A stretch of DNA of 64,000 nucleotides from Acholeplasma sp. (lineage in GTDB: Bacteria > Bacillota_I > Bacilli_A > Acholeplasmatales > UBA5453): NCBI GenBank assembly GCA_036677365.1, contig JAVBWN010000030.1, forward strand, positions 1 to 64,000. Reading direction: 5' to 3'. The notes beneath the pieces are model-generated. The model saw only the letters and a list, made by a program, of their open reading frames with translations. It made no database searches and was not told the DNA's origin. Made by a program: the position numbers and the translations under genes. Below, piece by piece: positions 51,021-59,225 of this stretch (position 1 is the stretch's first letter; each line of letters starts with the position of its first letter).

Positions 51021-51747
51021 GATTGTGGTTAGAAAATTTCACATCGATGGCATACCAATATCGATTTACGAACAAATAGATGGCACCTTGAAACCAGTTA
51101 TCTTCTCATTTCATGGATTTGATGGATACAAAGATGGAGACTATTTCAAACGTGAGGATGAACTTGCCCGTCGTGGATTCATTGTGATTGGTATTGATAC
51201 CATCTTACATGGTGAGAGACGAATCCCTGTTTTTGATTCAAAACCGTATGATGAAAAGATGAAAGACATCCATCATTGTGTTATTCAAACCGCTATGGAT
51301 GCCATTCAATTATATGAAAAATATATTAGATTCATGCCAAGGGTAATGAAAGATGCAGTTTATGCAATAGGGGTATCGATGGGGGGCGCAATCAGTATTT
51401 ACATGGCCACCATTTACCCCCTCATAAAAGCAGTATCTATCGTTGGATCGCCATCAATGATAGAATTTTATCAACTAAAACAAGAAAAGTATCAGTGGTC
51501 AAAAGATTTTTACTACGAAAGAAATTTAGCATATTTAGATAGATTTGACCCGTTTGAGCATGCACACCAGCTAAAATGTCCCTTGTTTCTAACTGCTGGA
51601 ATGATGGATGAAGTGATACCGTGTTCATTGGTATCCAAATTCATTCACCCAAAAGTAACATTTAAGTTATATGATACTGGACACATGCCGAATCAAGCAC
51701 AATTCGATGATGCTTATGCATTCTTATTATCAAAGGAGGACGTGTAA
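51013..51747 (+). CDS. Alpha/beta-fold serine hydrolase (esterase) 2
   Basis: HGF, HGER, GVSMGG, DEVI, TGH; tandem paralogue of 50274. Confidence 0.85.
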   Translation: MIEIVVRKFHIDGIPISIYEQIDGTLKPVIFSFHGFDGYKDGDYFKREDELARRGFIVIGIDTILHGERRIPVFDSKPYDEKMKDIHHCVIQTAMDAIQLYEKYIRFMPRVMKDAVYAIGVSMGGAISIYMATIYPLIKAVSIVGSPSMIEFYQLKQEKYQWSKDFYYERNLAYLDRFDPFEHAHQLKCPLFLTAGMMDEVIPCSLVSKFIHPKVTFKLYDTGHMPNQAQFDDAYAFLLSKEDV

Positions 51748-51750
51748 ATC

Positions 51751-53325
51751 GTGACAAAAAGTTATCAAGCCGTAGTAGTTGGCGGCTCACTTGGTGGCAT
51801 CATGGCTGCCTACGCACTATCAAAACAAGGGATTCACACCGCCCTCATTGAAAAAACCGATTGGATCGGTGGACAATTAACCAGTCAAGGTGTTCCGAGT
51901 GATGAACATGAATATATTGAGTTTACAGGTGCGACAGAAACATATCGTCGCTTTAGAGAGAATATTCGCTCCTATTATCGCAATCATCCAGATATCGTGG
52001 ATACTCTAAAAAATAAAAGGATATTCAATCCTGGAAATGGTTGGGTATCTAAAAATGCTGCGGATCCTCGATTGTCTCTAAAATTACTTAATGATATTCT
52101 TCAACCGTTTGTTGACAATCAAACTTTAGATATTTACCTTGAAACCCCGACTGTAGGTGCATATAAGGTACAAGACGTGATTCAGTATGTCGTGATTCAT
52201 CACAATCACGAAGATATCGTAATAAAAGCAGATTATTTTATTGACGCGACCGATATTGGTGAGTTGTTACCAATGACGGATACAGCATATGTTACAGGTG
52301 CGGAGTCATACGATGAAACACAAGAACCACATGCACCCATGGTTAAAAATTCGGAGGATATGCAACCAATCACATGGATAGCAGCGGTTGGATTCAATCC
52401 GAATAATACATCGATTATTGAAAAACCAGATTTATACGATCAATTCAAGAATTACATTATGCCATTTGGTGAATCTGTACTCAGTTGGTATGCAGCGGGC
52501 CTAGAACAAGGATCAAAACGTGCATTTTCAATGTTCGCAGAAGGTGAATACCAATCCACACCAGCGATGTTCACATATCGACAAGTCATTGAGAAAAATC
52601 ATTTTAAAACCAGTGTTCCTTACTCAGTAACACTAATTAACTGGCCTCAAAATGATTATTTCTTCGGCAATATTTACGATGATCCAAATTCGGACTATCA
52701 CCGTTATGCAGCCAAGCAGTTAACATTGTCACTTATATATTGGCTTCAAACAGAAGCTAGAAGAGATGATGGTGGTTATGGCTATCCAGAAGTCTGTTTA
52801 GTACCTGAAGTCTTAGGTACAAAAGATGGCTTAGCCAAAGCACCTTATATTCGTGAGTCGAGAAGAATTAAAGCATTGTACACCATTAAAGAACAAGTTA
52901 TTAACAAGCGATATGCATTGAAACCACCTCATTTCAGAGATCGTATCGGGATTGGACATTACCATATAGATTTACATATGACAACAAAAACCAAAACCTA
53001 TTTTTTTGATGAGACATATCCATTTCAAATTCCACTCGGAGCGCTAATACCAATCGAGACAAAAAACTTGATCGCAGCTTGTAAAAATATTGGAACGACA
53101 CATGTGACCAATGGTTGTTACAGACTGCATCCTGTAGAGTGGAACATCGGAGAAAGTGCAGGTTATTTGGTGGCCTTCGCCATCAAGCATCAAGTGAGTC
53201 CAAAACAAATCTATCAAGATGATGTATTACTCGAATCGTATCAAGAATTATTAAAACAATCGGGCATTTTGATTGAATGGCCTGTAGAAGTATTGGAGGG
53301 TCATGATGAAAAAAGATCTAAATAA
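51751..53325 (+). CDS. FAD-dependent oxidoreductase (FAD_oxidored family)
   Basis: VVGGSLGG Rossmann, WIGGQLTSQGV, DATD.GEL, PYIRESRR, PFQIPLGALIP, YRLHPVEWNIGE; GTG start. Confidence 0.88.
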   Translation: MTKSYQAVVVGGSLGGIMAAYALSKQGIHTALIEKTDWIGGQLTSQGVPSDEHEYIEFTGATETYRRFRENIRSYYRNHPDIVDTLKNKRIFNPGNGWVSKNAADPRLSLKLLNDILQPFVDNQTLDIYLETPTVGAYKVQDVIQYVVIHHNHEDIVIKADYFIDATDIGELLPMTDTAYVTGAESYDETQEPHAPMVKNSEDMQPITWIAAVGFNPNNTSIIEKPDLYDQFKNYIMPFGESVLSWYAAGLEQGSKRAFSMFAEGEYQSTPAMFTYRQVIEKNHFKTSVPYSVTLINWPQNDYFFGNIYDDPNSDYHRYAAKQLTLSLIYWLQTEARRDDGGYGYPEVCLVPEVLGTKDGLAKAPYIRESRRIKALYTIKEQVINKRYALKPPHFRDRIGIGHYHIDLHMTTKTKTYFFDETYPFQIPLGALIPIETKNLIAACKNIGTTHVTNGCYRLHPVEWNIGESAGYLVAFAIKHQVSPKQIYQDDVLLESYQELLKQSGILIEWPVEVLEGHDEKRSK

Positions 53326-54298
53326 ACGCGTTATTCCAACCTTAGATAGCCATTACGCTACGCTACCATCTTTTGAAAATATAGATGTATTCGAAGGTCA
53401 AATCATGGATGAACTCGGTCCACAAGCGGCACCAAAGTGTTTTTTAGGGGCATGGTATCGAAAAGTATACTCATCAAAAGATGCGTGGTTAGGCATTGAA
53501 GGTACCATACGTTTGGGTGAATTTACGCCAGATAACAATCGATATGGTTCAGATGGTCGGACATTTTGGGATAGATTTTTAGACAACCCATCCATTTATA
53601 TGGGGGGACACGCACAATCTGAATCCGATGCGGGTTTAGGTTGGATGGTGGGCTATGAATCACTCAATACAGATGAACCATTAAACTACGGTTCTAAAAA
53701 AATCTGCTATCGTCCATTTTATCGTTACATCTACTCAGAAGTGATTGATATTGAAGGTAATGTCACCAGAAATAACGTCAATTCTTGGAATGTAAGTGAC
53801 CCTAAACGTTTTGAATATTATTATTTTCCGGGTGATTTGATCAAGATGAGTGTCTATACTCCAGTAGAGAACTACTTACAACTTAGAATTGAAGTACTAG
53901 AACCAACCAGTATTCCCAAATACAAATCACAAAGAGAACAATATAAACTTAAAAACAATTGGCCAACCGTATATTATAGTCCGTTATTTTATAGTGAAGG
54001 TCATGGTGTATTGAATGCTGAATTCAAACGTGTCAATTCTATTGACCAGTACGGTAATGAAGGATCAAATGTTAAAATGACTCAAGCTAAAGTGTCAGAT
54101 GCAATATGGGAATCGGTTTATTTGTATCGGAAGATACAAGGAAAATGGATGAAAGTCCCATTCATTAAACAAAGACAAACAACCATGGTTTGCCCAAACA
54201 ATGAATCATTCACTATAACAACCAATGAGTTATTATCCTCTAAGGGTGGCGAAATCATCCGTATTCACCCCCAACCATTAAGCGAGAAAGAAGTGTAA
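53303..54298 (+). CDS. Uncharacterised conserved-domain protein, paralogue 3 (no signal peptide)
   Basis: Shares motifs with 25995 and 47391; overlaps the FAD gene end and abuts nanE. Confidence 0.85.
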   Translation: MMKKDLNKRVIPTLDSHYATLPSFENIDVFEGQIMDELGPQAAPKCFLGAWYRKVYSSKDAWLGIEGTIRLGEFTPDNNRYGSDGRTFWDRFLDNPSIYMGGHAQSESDAGLGWMVGYESLNTDEPLNYGSKKICYRPFYRYIYSEVIDIEGNVTRNNVNSWNVSDPKRFEYYYFPGDLIKMSVYTPVENYLQLRIEVLEPTSIPKYKSQREQYKLKNNWPTVYYSPLFYSEGHGVLNAEFKRVNSIDQYGNEGSNVKMTQAKVSDAIWESVYLYRKIQGKWMKVPFIKQRQTTMVCPNNESFTITTNELLSSKGGEIIRIHPQPLSEKEV

Positions 54299-54300
54299 TT

Positions 54301-54975
54301 ATGTCGATATTAAATCAAATTAAAGGCAGACTCATCGTTAGTTGCCAAGCATTAGAAAATGAGCCTTTGCATGGTGCGGAAATCATGAGAAAAATGGCTA
54401 AAGCTGCTAAAGAAGGTGGGGCAGTAGCCATTCGAGCGAATGGGGTCAATGATGTCATCGCAATCAAAGATGAAACACAACTACCTGTGATCGGACTCAT
54501 CAAAAGAGATTACCCAAACTGCGATGTATATATTACACCAACTATCCGAGAGATTGATGAATTGATTCATTCTGGTTGTGAGATAATTGCTATGGATGCG
54601 ACCAATCGTTGTCATCCAGACCGTGTGACCTTAAAAGAAAAAGTCGAACGAATTCACCAAGCCAGTCGTTTGGCAATGGCAGATATATCGACCCTAGAGG
54701 AAGCAATTCAAGCACAATCACTCGGATTTGACATTGTTTCTACGACCCTTTCTGGTTATACACCTTACTCACCTCAACAAGAAGCCCCAGATTTCCAATT
54801 AATTGGGGAATGTGTTAAAAACTTGAGTATTCCTGTGATTGCAGAAGGCAGAATTTTTTCTGTTGAAGATATCAAAGCTGTGAAAGCTCAAAAACCATTT
54901 GCCATTGTTGTTGGCAGTGCTATAACTAGACCTCAAATCATTACAAAACGTTTTAATGACGCTTATCTAGAATAA
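54301..54975 (+). CDS. nanE: N-acetylmannosamine-6-phosphate 2-epimerase
   Basis: LIVSCQAL, IRAN, IGLIKRDY, YITPT, TTLSGYT, IAEG, VVGSAITRP. Confidence 0.96.
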   Translation: MSILNQIKGRLIVSCQALENEPLHGAEIMRKMAKAAKEGGAVAIRANGVNDVIAIKDETQLPVIGLIKRDYPNCDVYITPTIREIDELIHSGCEIIAMDATNRCHPDRVTLKEKVERIHQASRLAMADISTLEEAIQAQSLGFDIVSTTLSGYTPYSPQQEAPDFQLIGECVKNLSIPVIAEGRIFSVEDIKAVKAQKPFAIVVGSAITRPQIITKRFNDAYLE

Positions 54976-54981
54976 TCAGAT

Positions 54982-55007
54982 ACAGACTTCGGTCTGTTTT
55001 TGTTTTT
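54982..55007 (+). terminator. Terminator of the large operon
   Basis: ACAGAC-TTCG-GTCTGT (C-UUCG-G tetraloop) plus T-run. Confidence 0.8.
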
Positions 55008-55070
55008 CGAGGATAGGAAAAATGAATCAAATAATGTATGTTATACTGATATCAAATGGGGTGTAATAAA

Positions 55071-56897
55071 ATGAACTCAAAACTCAAACACGCGATTCAA
55101 CAAGTTGAAAATAAATTAAGTTTAGATTTGTCCTCGATGCATTCGGTCAACTTTATTGAACAACAACAACCAGGGTATCGAATCCAAAAGAACGAAACAG
55201 AGGTGTCCATTCATTACCACAATTTGAATGATGCCTTAACTGCGATCGGAATTTTATTATCTAACCCGAAATCGAGTTATTTATATGATCAAACACGTGC
55301 GTTTAAGCGCGTGGGTTTGATGCTCGATGTTGCTCGCATGGCTGTACCAAAGATGGAAACACTCGAAAAATACATCCTCATTTTATCCCTATTCGGATAT
55401 AACTACTTGGGGCTCTATTTAGAAGATGTGTTCGAAGTGGACAACGAACCGAAATTTGGCTATATGCGCGGTAGATATACACAAAGTGAACTCAAACGAT
55501 TGGATGATTTTTCTGCCAGTCTCGATTTTGAAATCGTACCATACATTCAAACATTGGCCCACCTAGCTTCAGCGTTTAAACACTTCGAATATGCTTCAAT
55601 CAAAGACATCGATGATATTTTATTGGTCGGCGAACCAAGGACTTATGAATTGATTGAAAACATGTTAAAAACCACCAAGAAAGTGTTTAGAAGTTCAGAA
55701 ATCAACATTGGTATGGATGAAGCTTGGATGCTTGGACTTGGAAAATACCTCCAAAAATACGGGTATCAAGACCGATTAAAAATCATGTTTGATCACCTCG
55801 AAAAAGTGAATGCATTGTGCATTAAATATAACTATAAACCCGCTATGTGGGCTGACATGTTTTTTCATTTGGTGGGTGGACATTATTTCAAAGATGACAT
55901 CGAATTTAGTGATGAAATTAAATCCAGAATCCCTCAAAATATGAAGCTGATTTACTGGGACTACTATCAAACTGATATTAAAAAATACCATTCAAAATTC
56001 AAAGCATTGAGTCAACTCACCCATAATTATGGCTACGCTGGCGGCGCATGGAAGTGGATTGGTTTTTCACCAAGCAACGATGTGACGATGCGAACCATGT
56101 CATTAGCCATTGAAGCAGCCAAAGATTATCACATCGAAGATTTCATTGTTACAGCTTGGGGTGACAATGGTGGTGAAGCCTCACAATTCTCTATACTACC
56201 AGGGTTGTTATTCATCATACAACAAATCAATGGTAATGACCGACTACACTTAGATAACCTATCATCGCTACTTACAGGGTTAACCTATAATCAATGGTTA
56301 GACTTAGATTTACCCAACCGATTGTATAAAAATCAACCCGCCATCCCAGTGAATCCTTCAAAGTACTTATTGTATGAAGATCCTTTTTTAGGATTATACA
56401 ATCAAAGACTTCACCCAAGTTATGATCAGTATTATCAGTCATACAAACGCATCCTTAAAGCGGATTCTAAAATAGAAAGTTCCTTCCAATACATATTTAT
56501 TTCGATGTATCATCTGTGTGACATTTTAAGCTTAAAATCGACCCTGAGTATTCGACTCAAACAAGCCTATGATACCAAGAATATCGATATATTGAGTGCC
56601 ATTACGTATCGAGAAATACCAAGTATTATTCGAAAAATCGAACAATTTTATCAAGCCTTTTACAAGCAGTGGCATTTGGAAAATAAACCGTTTGGATTTG
56701 AACATCACAGCCACCGTCTAGGTGGTTTAAAACAACGATTAACCGATATCGCCAATGATTTACATGACTTTATAAACGCATCCAATAGCCAAATTCCAGC
56801 ACTCGAAGAAAGAATCATTGAACTCGCAAATGACCCATATAACGGCTGTCGCTATTTAAACTATTATGGGGATTACACCTCATTTGGAAAGATGTAA
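55071..56897 (+). CDS. GH20-like beta-N-acetylhexosaminidase (GcnA type), second copy
   Basis: MLDVAR.AV, LYLEDVF, FGYMRGRY, IQTLAH, IGMDEA, YWDYY, GGAWKW.GF, TAWGDNGGE, ENKPFG; own TGTTATACT promoter. Confidence 0.9.
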   Translation: MNSKLKHAIQQVENKLSLDLSSMHSVNFIEQQQPGYRIQKNETEVSIHYHNLNDALTAIGILLSNPKSSYLYDQTRAFKRVGLMLDVARMAVPKMETLEKYILILSLFGYNYLGLYLEDVFEVDNEPKFGYMRGRYTQSELKRLDDFSASLDFEIVPYIQTLAHLASAFKHFEYASIKDIDDILLVGEPRTYELIENMLKTTKKVFRSSEINIGMDEAWMLGLGKYLQKYGYQDRLKIMFDHLEKVNALCIKYNYKPAMWADMFFHLVGGHYFKDDIEFSDEIKSRIPQNMKLIYWDYYQTDIKKYHSKFKALSQLTHNYGYAGGAWKWIGFSPSNDVTMRTMSLAIEAAKDYHIEDFIVTAWGDNGGEASQFSILPGLLFIIQQINGNDRLHLDNLSSLLTGLTYNQWLDLDLPNRLYKNQPAIPVNPSKYLLYEDPFLGLYNQRLHPSYDQYYQSYKRILKADSKIESSFQYIFISMYHLCDILSLKSTLSIRLKQAYDTKNIDILSAITYREIPSIIRKIEQFYQAFYKQWHLENKPFGFEHHSHRLGGLKQRLTDIANDLHDFINASNSQIPALEERIIELANDPYNGCRYLNYYGDYTSFGKM

Positions 56898-56901
56898 AAC
56901 C

Positions 56902-57081
56902 ATGACCTATACCAAAGAAGAATTGCTTGAAGGCATTCAAGCGATGGAATCTCTTATCCGAAAAAGTGAGAAGACATTACCCAATTTAGCGCCTGGGTCG
57001 GGACCACACACCACACTTTCGCGAAGACTCAAAGCTTTCAAATTAACCAAAGCGATTTTAGAAGAAAAACTTAGTGAATAA
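56902..57081 (+). CDS. Small hypothetical helical protein (59 aa)
   Basis: MTYTKEELLEGIQAMESLIRKSEK...; ATG 4 nt after the GH20 stop. Confidence 0.6.
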   Translation: MTYTKEELLEGIQAMESLIRKSEKTLPNLAPGSGPHTTLSRRLKAFKLTKAILEEKLSE

Positions 57082-57086
57082 CCAAG

Positions 57087-57137
57087 AAAAAAACGATAGA
57101 AATCGTATCACATCGCGATCTCTATCGTTTATTTTTT
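57087..57137. terminator. Bidirectional terminator
   Basis: AAAAAACGATAGA...TCTATCGTTTATTTT between convergent genes. Confidence 0.65.
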
Positions 57138-57977
57138 GAGTTGTTTTTTAATGGCGATGGCTGCATGCATCCCATCTGCCGCTGCTTTCGCCACCTGTAA
57201 GACCCCACCGACGGTATCGCCTGCAGCGTATAAACCTTCAATGTTGGTCATGAAATTGTCATCCACAACGATGTTTGTATTTTCGACAATCGCGCCAATT
57301 CTAGTCGCGAATTCAACAGCGCCAGGTGAACCCAGTGCGATGAATATCCCATCCACATCATACGAACCATGGGCAGTGACGATGGTGGTGGCTTTATCTT
57401 CATCCCCAGTGATTTCTGTGATCACATCCTGGATGACTGGGTAGTCCACATCCACAGTGAGGGCATTACCATTGGTGAAGATTTGAATATCCTCAGTGAG
57501 AAATTCCATATCTTTGAGTTCATGTAACATGTATTCGTTATAACCCACCAAGGCGAGTTTCTTCTTTCTAAAAAAGAACCCATCACACGTAACACAAAAA
57601 CTGATGCCTTTACCACGATACTTTTGAAACCCTTTGATTCTCAGTGTGGTTCTTGGTTTACCTGTAGCGAGTAACACAGTTTTGCCTTCATAGACACCCT
57701 TTTTTGTGGTGACTGTGAAATGCTCAAACTTGTCAATCGCGATGACTTCGTCTTGTAAAACTTCGATGCCTAATTCGTTGGCTTGTTTTACCCCGCGCTC
57801 AATGAGCTCAGTGCCAGTAATTCCCCCAGGAAATCCATAGTAATTGTCAATGATGACGCCATCATACAGCGATCCATTGTCTTTACCAATGACTAAAACG
57901 TTCTTGTTAGAACGCTTGAGGTAAATCGCGGCTGAGATCCCTGAAGGACCTTTACCGATGATGATTGTATCAAACAT
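57129..57977 (-). CDS. trxB: Thioredoxin reductase
   Basis: IIGKGPSG, LATG, GISFCVTCDG (CxxC), YAAGD; adjacent to trxA. Confidence 0.88.
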   Translation of the reverse strand: MFDTIIIGKGPSGISAAIYLKRSNKNVLVIGKDNGSLYDGVIIDNYYGFPGGITGTELIERGVKQANELGIEVLQDEVIAIDKFEHFTVTTKKGVYEGKTVLLATGKPRTTLRIKGFQKYRGKGISFCVTCDGFFFRKKKLALVGYNEYMLHELKDMEFLTEDIQIFTNGNALTVDVDYPVIQDVITEITGDEDKATTIVTAHGSYDVDGIFIALGSPGAVEFATRIGAIVENTNIVVDDNFMTNIEGLYAAGDTVGGVLQVAKAAADGMHAAIAIKKQLKK

Positions 57978-57978
57978 C

Positions 57979-58290
57979 TTAAACGCCTAGGGCTTTTCTG
58001 AGTTCTTCTTTAGAACGTACACCAATGATGCTGTTTACGACTTTTCCACCTTTGAATACCAATACGGTAGGGATGGACATGATTCTAAATTGGTTTGCTA
58101 GTTCAGATTGTTCGTCAACATTCACTTTGCCAACCACAGCTAAACCTTTAACTTCTTCGGATAAAGATTCAACGATGGGTCCTAACATTTGGCAAGGACG
58201 GCACCATGCTGCCCAGAAATCCACCAAAACAGGTTGACTGGATTCTAAAACAACACTCTTAAAATTTTCTTTTGTAATAGCTATAGCCAT
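57979..58290 (-). CDS. trxA: Thioredoxin
   Basis: VDFWAAWCRPC, SIPT. Confidence 0.93.
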   Translation of the reverse strand: MAIAITKENFKSVVLESSQPVLVDFWAAWCRPCQMLGPIVESLSEEVKGLAVVGKVNVDEQSELANQFRIMSIPTVLVFKGGKVVNSIIGVRSKEELRKALGV

Positions 58291-58409
58291 ATTCTGATTC
58301 CTCCTATATAGAAATAACAGTTGTTATTATACCTATTCACAGAACAGAAATCTAGTAGTTTGCAACAATTATTATGTTATAATAGATAAGAACTCTAGTA
58401 GGTGATTAA

Positions 58410-59225
58410 ATGACTAAAATTAAGGTGGAAAACCTCAAATTTTCATATAACAATAAAGACGAAGCCATCCAAAATCTTTCTTTTAAAATCGAAGAAGGGT
58501 CTTGGGTTTGTATCGTTGGACACAACGGTTCTGGTAAAAGTACGCTAGCGAAATTGCTGATTGGTCTGTTGAAAGCCGATGCTGGTTCGATTATCATCGA
58601 TGGCATCGAAATGAATGAAAAAACCGTTCAAGAGATTCGTAAAAAAGTAGGCATCGTATTTCAAAATCCAGACAACCAATTTGTGGGTGTTACGGTGAAA
58701 CACGACATCGCATTTGGGTTGGAAAACCAATGTGTACCTCAACCGAAAATGGTTGAACTGGTCGATGAATACGTGAATATCGTTGGCATGAAAGACTATT
58801 TGAACAAAGAACCCCATCAATTGTCTGGTGGTCAAAAACAAAGGGTTGCTATTGCAGGTGCGCTTGCGATGAACCAAGACATCATGATTTTTGATGAAGC
58901 AACCTCCATGTTAGACCCAGAAGGGGTTAGAGACATCACAGAATTTATTGTGAAACTCAATAAAGAATTCAAGAAAACCATCATTACGATTACACATGAT
59001 TTAGAGTTCGCGAAAAGAGCGGACCAAATGATCGTGCTCAATAAAGGTAAAGTTGTCCTATCCGGTACCCCGGATGATGTCTTCAGCCACAAAGACATTT
59101 TAGAACAAACCGACCTCAATATCCCATTTGGTATGCGTGTGTTTGACCAAGTGAATAAAGACGACATATTGAAGAAAGACGAAGCATTGGTAAAGGCACT
59201 ATGGGCATACAGTTTAACCAAGTAA
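58410..59225 (+). CDS. ecfA1: ECF transporter ATPase A1
   Basis: GHNGSGKST, FQNPDNQFVG, LSGGQKQR, DEAT. Confidence 0.93.
   Translation: MTKIKVENLKFSYNNKDEAIQNLSFKIEEGSWVCIVGHNGSGKSTLAKLLIGLLKADAGSIIIDGIEMNEKTVQEIRKKVGIVFQNPDNQFVGVTVKHDIAFGLENQCVPQPKMVELVDEYVNIVGMKDYLNKEPHQLSGGQKQRVAIAGALAMNQDIMIFDEATSMLDPEGVRDITEFIVKLNKEFKKTIITITHDLEFAKRADQMIVLNKGKVVLSGTPDDVFSHKDILEQTDLNIPFGMRVFDQVNKDDILKKDEALVKALWAYSLTK

Noticed and set aside
54301..54975. Calling the locus a standard sialic acid (nan) operon
   Set aside because: No nanA lyase, sialidase Asp-box/RIP motifs or nanT/siaPQM in the window; cannot exclude them elsewhere in the genome
22150..56897. Mobile element, prophage or ICE explanation for the island
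   Set aside because: No integrase, transposase, relaxase, phage genes or terminal repeats seen
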